This document shows, in pieces, positions 24,698 through 37,853 of a stretch of 64,000 nt of DNA; the first letter of the stretch is position 1, and the number at the start of each line of letters is the position of its first letter. Position numbers and translations under genes: made by a program. The stretch comes from Glaucostegus cemiculus (taxonomy: Eukaryota). The stretch spans positions 7,316,001-7,380,000 of the forward strand of contig CDPCPM010000107.1 of the NCBI GenBank assembly GCA_976551045.1, written 5' to 3'. The notes under the pieces are model-generated. The model was not told the DNA's origin. It made no database searches and worked only from the letters and a program-made list of their open reading frames with translations.

Positions 24698-25356
24698 CAG
24701 TTAAACACCAATAATTCAGCACATTTGGGATGACACTGGGCAAGCTGGTTTTCCAGACTTTTGGATGTTATTTTCATTAATTCACCTTTAATCCACTTAT
24801 TTTTAGATGTTAAACAGTATTATATGACATTTTGCAGTAAACCCGGTAAGTTTAAAGAAACGCCGGAGCCACCAGGTCCCAAATGAGTTGGAGGGGGAGT
24901 GTGGGAATTGGGGCCCCAATAAATTGGAAGAGAACATGGCAAACATCACCTGGTGGTAATCAGAGTCTTCTGCCCAGAACAGGAGAGTCTAGAACTAGGA
25001 GGGCACAGGTTTGAGGTGAGAGGGGTGGAATTTAAGGGAGATCTAAGGAGTTAAGTTCTTCACACAGAGACTGGCGAATATCTGAGCTGCCAGAGGAGGT
25101 GGTGGAGACAGACACAATCACAATGTTTAAAAGCCTTTTGGATTGGCACTTGGATAGGAAAGGAGTAGAGAGATACATACACTGTACCTAATGTGAGCAA
25201 GTGGGATTAGCACAGATAGACTTCGCGGTCAACGAGGATGAGATGGGCCAAAAGGGCCCCTTTCTGTGCGGTATCTTTCTATGATTCTACAAGCCGGACG
25301 TTGACTATTGGGATTTCCAAATAGTCAAGAGAGCGGATTGTTGGAGTTTTGCCTCG
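24698..25356. mobile_element. Possible Tigger/pogo-like MITE remnant interrupted by a CR1 3' fragment (~24955-25290)
   Basis: Imperfect terminal inverted repeats CAGTTAAACACCAATAATTCAGC and GCGGATTGTTGGAGTTTTGCCT; internal CR1 3' sequence. Confidence 0.45.
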
Positions 25357-25721
25357 TAAGACGTCCCAAGGCATTTCACAGAAGCAACCAAACAGAATAT
25401 GATCCCAAGCCTAATGAGGAGATCATAAAGACAGGTGCTCAAAAGGTTTGGTCATAGAGATAGAGATGGTGAGGTTTAAGGAGGGGGTCTAGCACACGTT
25501 TAGTATAGGTGCAATTGTATTTGTAGGTATTGGTCTCCATTTGGTAACACTGAAATGCGAGTGCAAACCAAGAGATATTACAAGCACTACATCAGTCTAG
25601 GATACAAGGTGAGGTTTCCCCAGGAAAGCCAAAAGACACATTCACAAAGGAGTTACCAAGAACCTCAGAATAAGCATGGCTCAGTTCAGATCCAGAATAT
25701 CAAGTGAGGATATTAGCTTAC

Positions 25722-25823
25722 CAGGCCGAGGATGAGACCAACCATGAGAGTAGCCACAGCAAAAATGACGTAGGAACCCCAAACTGGAATTCCCAGTGTC
25801 TCAGTCAGGTAGTTGTGCATTTG
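25722..25823 (-). CDS. TMX4: TMX4 exon 6 (102 bp, most of the transmembrane helix)
   Basis: TTTACAG|CAA...CTG|GTAAGC; QMHNYLTETLGIPVWGSYVIFAVATLMVGLILGL; phase 0-0. Confidence 0.96.
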
Positions 25824-26644
25824 CTGTAAATCAAAGAGAAATATTTGAGACTGACAGTTTAGGTTGCTGAAGACTTCCCCATCCCCATCTTCCTGACGCT
25901 TCACAGGGGAGGGGGAGTGCGGGGGAGACTGCCACCACCTCTCAGGATAATCTGGGTCCTTATTTGTCTCTGATGAGATCTGGATATCTTTAACAACCAT
26001 CTGATCCAGTAAAACAGACACAGAATTCCAGTTCAACATCTCAGCAGGAGTGTGGGCAGAATCAACAAACAGAGGCGGTTTTATTAAATCACTCATCTCA
26101 TTGAAAGTGCATTCTAATTTTCTTTAAGAAGGCCTGAGAATGAGGCCTGAATTCAGATGTGTGCTATGAAAATTCACTCTGGGTTAAACAAACACCAACT
26201 TCTCCCAACACACACTTCAGACAGTTGTTTGCAGCCAATTTGTTGGCTCTGCTGCCCAGACTTTTCATTGAATTAGAACATAGAACATGGCAAAGTGGCT
26301 TTGGTGTTGCCAGCCAGTGTATATTTTACAGGAACACCAAACAGTAAAAAATAATAGCCCTCACAATCAGAGATGCCGCAAAGAGTAAAAGCATACTCTA
26401 TTCCACTAAATCAAATGGAGCATATAAATAGTCAGCAGCAGATTCTGAAGCAAAGACAACACCTATCCATCAGTACAAACTCAACACTACTCTTATTACT
26501 CATTCAAATACAAGGCCCTTTGCAGCAGTCCTATCAAGCAACATTTGACCAAATCATATAAAGTAAAAATTAGGGCAGATAACCAGGAGCTTGGTTGGAG
26601 ATGTAGGTTTTGCAAAGTGCCGTGGTGGAGGCACTAGCTGTGGC

Positions 26645-26990
26645 ATGGTGGGTGCAGCCTGCAGAACCACTGCCTCAGAGCTCCAGCAGCCAGGACTCAG
26701 CCCTGACCTTCGTGCAAACTGCACACAAAGAGCACTGTTCTCCCTGCGATCTCATGGGTTCCTCCCGGGTGCTCCATTATCCCCTCCCCTCCCACCCCCC
26801 CCAACATCCCACAGACGTAGGTTGGAAGGTTAATTGGCTGCTGTAAATTGCCTCAAATGTGTACGCGAGTGGTAGAATCTTGTGGGGGAGTTGATGGGAC
26901 TGTGGGGGAATAAAATGGGATTAGCGTAGGATCAGTGTAAAAGGGTGGCCAATAGTCTGTGTGAACTCGATGAGGCTATTTCCACAACTC
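26645..26990 (+). mobile_element. HE1-type SINE
   Basis: tRNA-like head, V-domain GGGTTCCTCCCGGGTGCTCC, GGTTAATTGGCTGCTGTAAATTGCC. Confidence 0.7.
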
Positions 26991-26992
26991 CA

Positions 26993-27912
26993 TGGGAGTG
27001 ATGATACAAAGGTTGGTGGTGGTGTGGATAGTGTAGAAGGTTGCTGTAGATTACAACAGGTGATTGATAGAATGCAGAGCTGAGCTGAGAAGTGGCAGAT
27101 GGAGTTCAACCTGGATAAGTGTGAAGTGATACACTTCAGGAGACTGAATTAGAAGGCAGAATACAAGGTTAATGGCAGGACTCTTAGTAGTGTAGAGGAT
27201 CAGAGGGATCTTGGGGTCCACGTCCATAAATCCCTCAAGGTTGCCACACAGGTCGTCAGGGTTGTTAAGAAGGCGTATGGTGTGTTGGCCTTCATTTGTC
27301 AGGGTATTGTGTTCAAGAGCTGTGAGGTGATTTTGCAGCTCTATAGAACTCTGGTCAGACCACACTTGGGGTATTATGTTCAGTTCTGGTCGCCTCATTA
27401 TAGAAAGGATGTGGAAGCTTTAGAGAGGGTGCGGATGAAATTTACCAGTATGTTGCCTGGATTGGAGAGCATATCTTATGAGAACAGATTGAGCGAGCTA
27501 GGGCTTCTCTCTTTGGAGAGCAGGATGATGAGAGGTGACTTGACAGAGGTGTACAAGATGATAAGAGGCACAGATCGAGTGGACACTCCGAGACTTTTTC
27601 CCAGTGTAACACGAGGGGACATAATTTTAAGGTGACTGGGAGGAAGATATAAGAGGGACATCAGGGGTAATTTTGTTTTTAAACAAAGAATGGTGGGTGT
27701 GTGGAACGCACTGCCGGCAGAGGTTGAGGGGGCAGATGCATTAGGGACATTTAAGAGACACTTAGATAGACACATGAATGATAGAAAAATAGGGGGCTAT
27801 GTGGGAGGGAGGGAGGGAAGGGTTAGATAGATCTTAGAGCAGGATACAATGTCGGCACAACATTGTGGGCCGAAGGGGCTGCACTGTGCTGTAGTGTTCT
27901 ACATTCTATGTT
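26993..27912 (+). mobile_element. CR1 LINE, 5'-truncated
   Basis: LYRTLVRPHLGYYVQFWSPHYRKDVEALERV; GTTCTA tail. Confidence 0.92.
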
Positions 27913-30176
27913 CTAGGTGAAAGGAGAGAAGCAGAATGTGTAGGGAGAGTAGTCCAAAGTTTAGGACCATAGACACTGTGAAAACAGTCACTGGTTGTGG
28001 AGCAATTAAATTCAGAGGCCAGAATTGAACAGTACAAGAAAGTGAATGAGGTTGTGGAGTTAGGGAGAGGTGAGACCTTGAAGAACCCTAAAAACAAGAA
28101 TGCAAATTTCAAAATCAAGGCACCGCTTAACCAGGAGCCAAAGGAGGCCACCGTGCACAACAGTGCTGGAACGGGACTTCACGCGTTTGGGTGGAAGCCG
28201 CAGAGCTTTGAATGCGCTTATTTAATTAGTCTCGGAAATTGGGAGACTGGGCAGTGGAGGCATGGGTAAGGGTTTCACAGCAGCTGAACAATGGCAGGAG
28301 GGAGGTTGGGCAATGTCATGGGGGTGGTAACAGGTGACTCCAGCGAGTCCAAAAGCAAAATACTGCAGATGCTGGAAATCTGAAATGAAACCAGAAAAAG
28401 CTAGAGATATTCATCAGATAAGGCAGCAGCTCCAAAGAGAGAAAGTATTTTCAAAGTTTCAATCTGATGAGCTTTCAGTATAACTAGGATGAAATCCCAG
28501 CACTTAAAAGGGTGGAAAGGGCCCCTCATTGCCGTACTTCCCACTGACTCTAGACCCTCTGCTGCATGGCTGAATTAAAGCAAGTTAACTTCTTACCTTT
28601 TAAAATGAATTGTAAATCATTTTTAGCATCTATTTTAAAATTTAAAAGGTTAATGAATATTAAATTTGGGATGCAGGTATGATTCAGCACAGAATCAGAA
28701 CAAGCATTGTTATATGCTGGAAAAACGTATGTAGCCTGTAAATTACTTTGCACAACAGCTCAGTTTAATCAGATTTGCCATTTCCACTGTGCATTTCAAT
28801 AACACACATACACAAACATAATCTACAGACCTTCGTGACAACTAATTTTCAATTCCAACTGTGGAAGTGACCATGGCCACTTGTTCAATTTCTTCACTGA
28901 TGCCTGAGCACTTATGGAATCTAAATGGCACTGTACTGAATTTCATGAAGTACTCTATTCATACTGAACATTAAATTAAATAAGAAGACTGGTTAAAGAC
29001 ATTAAGAAGTTTAAAGTGATAGACAGCATGATGCAGCCCATCCATTTGCCATTTAGTTTCAACACAAGTAAGCTTGTCATGTATCGAGACAAATGTTTGC
29101 GAGTAAAGTGAAAGATGCATTTTGATGAATAATCTTCTGTTTATATTATGTCTTCCTTTTAATAAAAAGCAAAAGCAATACAGAATCACACTTGAACTGA
29201 GATTGCAACCTGTCCGCAAGTTAATATCCAAACCTTCCACCTTCTGGGTGAACACAAGAGCAGCCTGCACAAAGGCAGGACTTATTAAGCATCAGTTTCA
29301 TGCCTCATGTGGAAGGACATCAGTTATCAAGGCTAATTAACTCTAACCAAGCAGGTGTTTGAAATCAAATCAGAAGCCTCACTCCTATCCGACCACCAAA
29401 CAGTGTTCCACCATTCAATGTAATCCAGACTTGCGCAGCAAATTTGAAGTCATAGAGTCATTGAGTTAATCACCATGGAAACAGGCCTTACAGCCCAACT
29501 CGTTCATGCTGACCATGACATTGATCTACACTAATCCCAGATGCCCACATTTGGTCTGTATCCCTCTACCCCTTTCCTATCCACGTATCTATCCCAAGGT
29601 TTTTTAAACTGGAATTATTTCTGCCTCTACCACTTCTCTATAACCAGCACTCTGTGTGAAAAACTCAACCCTCAGATTTCATTAATTTTTCCCCTCTAAC
29701 CTTAAACCTATGCCCTCCATTTTTAGACTCGCCCTATCCCAGGAAAAAGACTGTGACTATCCACTCCATCTATGCCCCTCACAATCTTATAAATCTCTAT
29801 ATCACTCCTCAGCCTTCTGCGTTCCGCTGATAATAAACTTAGCCTATCCCATCTCTTCTTACAGGTAAAGTTCTCCATTCCAGGGTACATCCTTGTGAAT
29901 TTGTTGTGCACTCTCTCTGCTGCTACCTGGGCTATGTGACGAGAACTGTCCATGTTACTCCAAGTGCGGCCTGACTAACATATTGTACAGCTGCAATACA
30001 ACATCCCAACTCTACTCAATGCCTCAAGCCTGTGAAGGCAAGCATGTTGAATAACTTCTTCATTACCCCATCCATTAGGTCACCACTTTCAGGAAGCTAG
30101 GAACTTGCACCTCAAGGTCCCTCTGTACATCAGCACTCCTGAGGTCCTTGGCACTTATTGAATATATCCTGTTCGT

Positions 30177-30650
30177 GGCAGGCACAGTAGTGAAGTGGTA
30201 ACGCTATTACAGCGCCAGCGACCCAGGTTCAATTCCTGTCGCTGTCTGTAAGGAGTTTGTGCATTCTCCCCATGTCTGCGTGGGTTTCCTCCAGGTGCTC
30301 TGGTTTCCTCCCACATTCCAAAGACATACAGGTTAGGAAGTTGCGGGCATGCTACGTTGGCACCGGAAGAGTGACAACACTTACGGGCTGCCCCCAGAAC
30401 ACTCTATGCAAAAGATGTATTTCACTGTGTGTTTCGATGTACATGTGATGAATAAAGATAAAGATATATTAACCGTGTGGGTTTTCCCCAGATGCTCCCA
30501 TATCCCAAAGACATGCAGGTTGGTAGGTTAACTGGTCACTGTAAATTACCCCCAGTGTGTAGGTTCTGGGGACGGGGGAAGTTGGAAGAAATGTGTGAAG
30601 AAGGATAATGTGTTTTGATGTACATGTGACTAATAAAGATATCTTATTTT
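30177..30650 (+). mobile_element. V-SINE with chimeric 3' extension (HE1 fragment plus duplicated tail)
   Basis: Full SINE 30177-30468, HE1 fragment 30473-30612, second tail 30609-30650. Confidence 0.85.
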
Positions 30651-30671
30651 ATCTAGTGTCTCAAGTTCCAA

Positions 30672-30910
30672 AATAAGATAAGATCTTTATTAGTCACATG
30701 TACATCAAAACACACAGTGAAATACACCTTTTGCATAGTGATTTTGGGGGGCAGCCCGCAAGTGTCACCACACTTCCGGCGCCAACATAGCATGCCCATA
30801 ACTTCCTAACCTGTATGTCTTCAGAACGTGGGAGGAAACCGGAGCACCTGGAGGAAACCCACTCAGACACGGGGAGAACGTACAAACTCCTTACAGACAA
30901 TGGCCGGATT
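30672..30910 (-). mobile_element. V-SINE, head-truncated, tail-to-tail with the previous copy
   Basis: Reverse-complement copy of the same family. Confidence 0.88.
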
Positions 30911-31459
30911 TCAGGGGTACTGTGCACTACCTCACACTTGCCTAGGTTAAATTTTATCTGCCACTGTATTACCCAACTTTCTCTTTGATCTATGTCCCTC
31001 TGTATCCTTTCACAACCTTCTTCACTATCCGCCAATTTTTGTGTTGTCAGCAAACTTACTAATCTGCCCAACCACATTCTCATCCAAGTCATTTATATAC
31101 ATGACAAACAACATTAGGCCCAACAGCAATCCCTTAAGTACACTACTGATTACAAACTTCCAGTCAGGAAAACACCCATTGACCACTACCCTCTACCTTC
31201 TCTCACCGATCTACTGACCAATCCATTGACCTCACATTTGCAAAAAACTAGCAACCCTCTGTGGCTTTCTGCAAGGGAGTGACCCATTATCATTTAGCTG
31301 AGCATCCACTTCAAGTGAGACCACAGGTGTAGAGACTGATGATCAGATTTTCTCACTTACAAGGAAATGAGAAAGATACTAGAAATATGCAGCATGTTGG
31401 GAGAAGAAGGGAAGGTGGGTGGTGGGGAATAAAGAATCCTGGTTGTTGCCCAAATTGGA

Positions 31460-31995
31460 GGACTTCATTTAGAGAGGGAGATTGGATCGGCTGGGCTTAT
31501 TTTCCCTGCAGCAAAGGAGGCTGAAGGGTGACCCAACAGAAGGACGAGTCTTGATGAAGGGTCTCGGCCCGAAACATCCATTTCCCTCCATAGATGCTGC
31601 CTGACCTGCCGAGTTCCTCCAGCATTTTTTGTATGTAAGATTATGAAAGGCATAGCTACGGTTGGCTGACAAAATCTTTTTTTTTGCATGTTAGGAGTAT
31701 CAAAAGCAAGAGGGCATAGGTTTAAGGTAAGAGGAAGAAGCTTTCAAGAGAATCTGAGGAGTAATTTTTTTTTTTTTAAAAAGAACAGAGAGTGGTTGAT
31801 ACTTGGAACTTGCTGCCAGTGGAGGTGGTGGAATCAGATATAATTGCTATATTTAAGAGACATTTAGTCAGACACTTAACTAGGCAAGGAAGAGGATATA
31901 AACCTGGTGCAGATAAATGAAATTAGTGTAGATGGGGAGAAAGGTTGACATGGATGTGGTGGGCCAAAGGGTCCGTTCTCTGTACGGTACAACTC
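31460..31995 (+). mobile_element. CR1 3' fragment with a nested Penelope pLTR/hammerhead fragment (~31545-31630)
   Basis: CR1 RGD..EVYKIMKG region split by AGTCTTGATGAAGGGTCTCGGCCCGAAACATC...CCTGCCGAGTTCCTCCAGCATTTTTT. Confidence 0.75.
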
Positions 31996-33459
31996 CATGG
32001 CGATGACCCGAATTGCTTGGGTCATTACCAACAGAGTTGTATGGTACAGAATATTTTGCTCCAGTTGGTTTATAAAGTTGTATCTAGACTTTGTGTTCGG
32101 TTTTCTGCATAGCATGAAAAAACACACTGGGCTTGGCTGAGGTAGGGTAATTCCTTAAGTAATGAACATTAGATTTACGAATTTTCACTACGCATTCACT
32201 CTTTGGGGTATGAATTTGATTCATGATGCTTTCTTTTTGCTATGACTGCACACCAATCTTTGTGCATAGCAACGCACTGTACCAAAATTACCATAGTGCA
32301 TTTCACCCAGCTTTAATTTTTCTTAACGATATCTTTTCCAGGAACACATTCCATTTTTTATACATCAAGGAATGATTGTACACAGAGATACAAAGGACCG
32401 CAGATGCTGGAATCTAGATGACTTCCATCAATGATTGTACACATACTCCCTAAAGTGAAATCAGCACATGAAGGGTTAAATTACAAGATGAGGTGTACAA
32501 TTTGATTAACATTCTCTTAAATTTAGTAGATCAATGGATAATCCAAGTAAAATTATTTAGAAGACGGATTTAGTGGAATAGATACAGCAAAATTACTTTC
32601 CCTGATGGGAGAATCTAGACAACAGGGTTCAAGTGAAAAATTACAGCTGGGCCATTCTGGTGACATCAGGAGACCCTAGAGGATAGTGCAATTCTGCAGC
32701 ACATTCCCACCTGAGGCAATGAAAGCTTTGACAATAACAGGCTTCAAGTCTGAGGTTCATTTTTTTTTAATCAGGTAAGGGTATCAAGGGACACAGAGCA
32801 AAGGGAGTTGAGGTGGAGCTGAGGATGTCGATCACTGACTATCCCATTGAATGTTCTCACGCTCCAAAATGATCAGAAAACATTTCTGTTTTAAACCTGA
32901 TTTTCTGCTTAATTTACTTGCAACTCCTTCAAGGAAGTAATTCCCAATACCACTTGGAGAATTCAATTAAAAATGACATTACAAAACACAATTTGGAAAC
33001 ATCAATAAGAGTTGGAGGACCGTCTGCTAATAAATCACTGCCAATTACGTTGATCCATTCATTTCAATGGAATTGACCAATCAATCATCAGCTAGGACAG
33101 AACAAAGAAGACAATAAAAAGGTAAAGAAATGCAGGAAAAAAGCCAGAGTCAAAATCTCTGGGACACCTGACAATTACTTCCATCGACGTTTCAATCGCA
33201 CGAGCATGAAAATTAAAACAGTAATACAAAACATACAGCAGGTAAATACCATTCATGCTTGCTAGCGTGGTCTACTTTACATTTTGGCAACAGTTAAAGC
33301 ACTGATTCGTTTTAGTTCTGACTGTTAAATAGATTTATTTATACTAAGGTGGATTTATATAATCCATCTCTCAGGTTTGTGATATTCTATGTTGAGAGTA
33401 GATCAATTACTTTCAAATAAAAATTGCTCTGTGAGGGGTTTTATGTGGTTGACACTTAC

Positions 33460-33505
33460 TCTAATCCATACAGAGAGCCGGAAAAGACCTGCCATCCCAG
33501 ACATC
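33460..33505 (-). CDS. TMX4: TMX4 exon 5 (46 bp)
   Basis: CCTTTAG|G ATG...AGA|GTAAGT; MSGMAGLFRLSVWIR (MSGMAGLF is TMX4-type). Confidence 0.95.
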
Positions 33506-34195
33506 CTAAAGGAGGAATGGATAAAGCAAATTAATGACAGGAACTAATTAGCCCTGCTCCACTATCACCCACATCACAACAAAGCTTCTCAATGTGACAA
33601 AACCATCTGTTAGACCACAGGATAATGGAGTCAAAAATCAGACAGCACGGTTTCGGTAGGCCAAATGGTCTCCTTCCGTTCTGCATGATTCCATTCCAAA
33701 AGGTGAGTGCAAATTAAAACTCAAATTGCCTTCTCCTGATGCTCTGAATCTTTCTGTACTCCAGCAGCTGCTGTGGTGATTCCTGCTGGCTTCCTTTCCC
33801 AATTGCTACCTTCACCAATTATTTATTTCACTTAAAACATTTGCCCACCTTGGCCACGTGCCCTATTATCCTATTTCCCTGAATGTCAATTCTATTTAAT
33901 ACCTTGTCCCTGTTCCCAATTCCACCCCCACCCAACTATGTCCCAGAAAATGCAGCAAACAGCACAAATCTAGCAAGCCATTCACTGTTCTCTGACAGCA
34001 AATGAGTCCATACTGAACTAAAAATTCTCGTCTTCAGAAAAAGTGATACAAGCAAGCCAGAACACACATCACAGCTTTTAAAGAAGTATACTGATGAGAG
34101 ATACTTTATTCTTTTACATGCAGAGCTGACGTGAGGTGCTACGTAAAATCAAGGTTGCCCCTTTTTGCCCCAGTAAAAAGAAATGTAATCATTAC

Positions 34196-34324
34196 ACAAT
34201 GGAAGATGGAGATTTCCACCCACTGATCGATTCCACAGCCTCCCATTTCTTCTCCTTAATGAAACTTTGGAAGTCTTCCAGCATCCGTGCGCCATGATAT
34301 TTGCGAAAAACACCTTCTTTGGCA
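34196..34324 (-). CDS. TMX4: TMX4 exon 4 (129 bp)
   Basis: TCACAG|T GCC...ATT GT|GTAATG; AKEGVFRKYHGARMLEDFQSFIKEKKWEAVESISGWKSPSSIV. Confidence 0.96.
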
Positions 34325-35196
34325 CTGTGAAGAGGAAGGTGAAGTGTGGCAGAACCAAAACGTCATCAGCACATTTTAAATTTGAGGCTCAGCACATTCA
34401 AAACAATGCGGTCAGGCAACTCACATCTATGTACATAACCAAGATCAAGCGGAAGGAGGTTCAAAGTACTACAGACAGAAATCGTGGAGATAGAGTCATA
34501 GTCACACAGCACAGAAACATACCGTTCAGTCCAGTGAATCACTGCCTACCATCAAGCACACGTTTAGACTGATCCTAATTTAATCATTTTCATCAACTGC
34601 ACACCATCACATTTAGACTAATCCCAAATCTTTATTTTCCCATATTCCTCAACTCCCCCCATATTCTACCACTCACTGCACACTAGAGATAATTTACAAG
34701 GAAATGCAGTGAAAATGCCAAGAACATCCCAAATACTACTCAAAGAGTAACGTAGAGAATGTAAAGAATCACCAATGTTAGTTGTGGACTGTGCACTCAT
34801 CTGGATACCCTACTTTCAATCCAAGTCAGCGCAGATTCATGAACATTTCCCCGCCAGGGGCACCACGTGCCAGCAATTATGTTTAAAACTGGACAAGCCC
34901 ATGCTCAGTTTGCAGGATCCCTAACTGTAGGATACATAGAGGCAACCCCGAAATTGAAAGCAGCAGCCGAGAGAATTAGCGAATTTCATTAGCTTTATAT
35001 GCAGCCTCCAGCATAAGACCTCACGAGGTTCGGCTTCCTAAAAAAGACACCTTGAGGAGAGGTGTTCTGGAGGTAGGAAGTTGAGTGAAGTTCGCAATTA
35101 AAGAACTTTAATCCAAACCTCAATAATTATCCTTTAGCAATGTGAATTTTATAATTCCCACTTTAGCCATCTTGTGGTCCCACAGATTAAGTTTAG

Positions 35197-35750
35197 AAAC
35201 ATAGAAAAACCTACAGCACAATTCGGGCCCTTCAGCCCACAAAGCTGTGCCGAACATGTCCCTACCCTAGAAATTACTAGTCTTACCCATAGCCCTCTAC
35301 TTTTCTCAGCTCCAGGTACCTATCCAACAGTCTCTTGAAAGACCCTATCGTATCCGCCTCCACCACCGTTGCTGACAGCCCATTCCACGCACTCACCACT
35401 CTCTGAGTAAAGAACTTATAAATGACATCTCCTCTATACCAACTCCCCAGCACCTTAAACCCATGTCCTCTTGTGGCCACCATTTCAGCCCTGGGGAAAA
35501 GCCTCTAACAATCCACACGATCAATGCCTCTCATCATCTCATATACCTCTATCAGGTCCCCCCTCATCCTCTGTCGCTCCAAGGAGAAAAGGCCGAGTTC
35601 CCTCAACCTGCTTTCATAAGGCATGCTCCGCATTCCAGGCAGCATCCTTGTAAATCTCCTCTGCACCCTTTCTATGGCTTCCACATCCTTCCTGTAGTGA
35701 GGCAACCAGAACTGAGCACAGTACTCCAAGTGGGGTCTGACCAGGATCCT
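35197..35750 (-). mobile_element. CR1 3' fragment, relatively young
   Basis: ILVRPHLEYCAQFWLPHYRKDVEAIERVQRRFTRMLPG; ATRGHGFKV; TTTCTA tail. Confidence 0.92.
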
Positions 35751-36367
35751 ATTTACTGCAGAACAGATTATTTCATGCAAAAGGACTATGACATCTGAAC
35801 TTTCCCCCTCTTCACTCACCATTATCTTGCCTTACGTATTAATTAACTTTCCCTTAAGTACATTTGTCTTACTTGCCTCAGTAATTCAGATGTTGGGGTA
35901 TGTTCCACATTCTAATCACTCTCTGGGCAATTCCTCCCAAGTTCCTTGGTGCAGATGTTATACATTACAGCCCCTAGCTTTGGTCTTACTATAATAAGAA
36001 ACATTTTCTCCATTTCTACTCTTATCAACCCTTGCCATCCTCTTCAAGACACCAAACACTCTAGACTAATGTTGTACCATTGTTGGTGGAGGAACTGTCC
36101 CAAATTAAAGCCAACAGCCATCAGAACAAGCAGGCTTCCATCACATCAGCTCCAGCTAGGTTTGAATACAGATGCCCGATAAGGCGAGGACAGCGAAGAA
36201 AAAACTTTTCTTACAGCTTTTGGTTGCAAATAATCTGATCGTTCTGACACCTGTCAGAATGACACTTGATGTCAACAAATCTGATTTTTATCAATAAATC
36301 TGATTTTAGTTATGACACATCATTAAAAATTGAGTATGGAAACATCATAAATAATCTTTATACTTAC

Positions 36368-36413
36368 TGATAAATGGTTGGCAAAGTAGTAACAAAAAAA
36401 CGACCACTCAAAC
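36368..36413 (-). CDS. TMX4: TMX4 exon 3 (46 bp)
   Basis: TCCTTAG|GT TTG...TAT CA|GTAAGT; GLSGRFFVTTLPTIYH, containing the thioredoxin cis-Pro. Confidence 0.96.
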
Positions 36414-37548
36414 CTAAGGAAAAGATTTTGAAAAAAAACTTATGAGTATTGCACTCCAATGCCTTATTATGTACAGAATTATTGATTTTAGAAAAGACAA
36501 TACAATAAAAATTTATTATTATACATCATGCCCCAAGGACCCAATATACTTAGCATGATGTGTTTTTATTTTTAAATAAAACCTTGCATTTATACATTAC
36601 CTTTCATCACGTCAGGACATCCTAAAGGAAATTTAAGTACACTTGTAGTAACAACATGCATATTCCAGTAAATGCCTTGAGCTTTAATCATTTGAACGGA
36701 TTTAATTCTGGAGCCAATTTGGAACTCAGTGCAGCCATTTCACTTACCAGTTTAGGAAACATGCCGATACATCAGGATGAGTCAGGGGAGACAGATGAAG
36801 CAATGTAATCGGCACTCCAAAACAACCCTACTGCAGATGCCTTTGCGATATGGGCTCAGGCCTTATCCAGACGACTACTTTGAAAGCTACTGTCCACACT
36901 TGTCTGTGTTGCATGTTTGCTTAATACAATCAGGGCACGTACAAGAATAACATAAAGGCATTAAAACTCCAGTCAGACAGAACATAATAGCATTAGCAGC
37001 ATATAGCAGAATTTCAGATTGTAGAATCGATATCCCTTTGTGTAAAAAAAATTCAATTTCACCCTTAGTTGACACTTTATATGTGTTTTGCTAGGGGTCA
37101 CCAAAAAGAATTTCGATACTGGGATGCACCGATTTTTTAAAAAATGTGATCATGGGTCTCTTCCACTTAGAAGCAGTAGAACATGTTTGCCGAGCTCTTG
37201 TCATTTGCGCGCTGCTCGTTGGGATGCAGGTTGCCTCAGTTAAAGTGCAAGTCAGCTATACTGGTACAGAAAAACAGGGGTGTGCAGATGGGAGGGTCAG
37301 TAACAGCACTACAGTCTCCTATTCAAGACCCACCCCGGTATGGAGTGGGGCAATGATGCTTCATGCTGCAGTAGGCCATTGCAAGCAACAGAATCACTGG
37401 AGGCATAATTCACCCCATCTTCATGCACAGTGCAAAGAGATCTGAATTGGTGCTGGCTGCCCTGAAAAGATCAACAAATAAACTAACATTCCTGTGGCAA
37501 CTGTCGAATTCAAGTATTGTGCGCGATTTTCTCTCTCATCTTACTGTA

Positions 37549-37853
37549 AATTTTAAATTTAAATTTTTTTTAAATTTTTTTTTATTTAAAATTTTTTTAA
37601 TTTTTTAAAAATCTTTATTTACAGCATGGTAACAGGCCCTTTCGGCCCAACAAGTCCACGCCGCCCATTTTAAACTCCCAAATTAACCTACCCGTACATC
37701 TTTTTAGAATGTGGGAGGAAACCGGAGCACCCGGAGGAAACCCACACAGACATAGGAGAACGTACAAACTCCTTACAGACAGCGACGGGAATCGAACCCC
37801 GATCGCTAGCGCTGTAACAGCGTCGCACTAACCGTTACGCTATCGTGCCGCCC
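37549..37853 (-). mobile_element. Young V-SINE variant with CR1-type tail, AT-rich expanded tail and 6-bp TSD
   Basis: ACTGTA at 37543-37548 and 37854-37859; many CpGs retained; B box GGTTCGATTCC on the minus strand. Confidence 0.85.

Larger units (their letters stand above)
29449..31205 (-). mobile_element. Degenerate CR1 LINE interrupted by a SINE cluster (30177-30910)
   Basis: GTCATAGAGTCA tail at 29449; RT remnants on both sides (FTRMYPG; SKFADNTK-like at ~31040-31060). Confidence 0.8.

Noticed and set aside
25824-26096. N-terminal extensions of ORF-track frames around true exons (also 20436-20529 and 44994-45172)
   Set aside because: Intronic read-through of the frame past clear splice acceptors.
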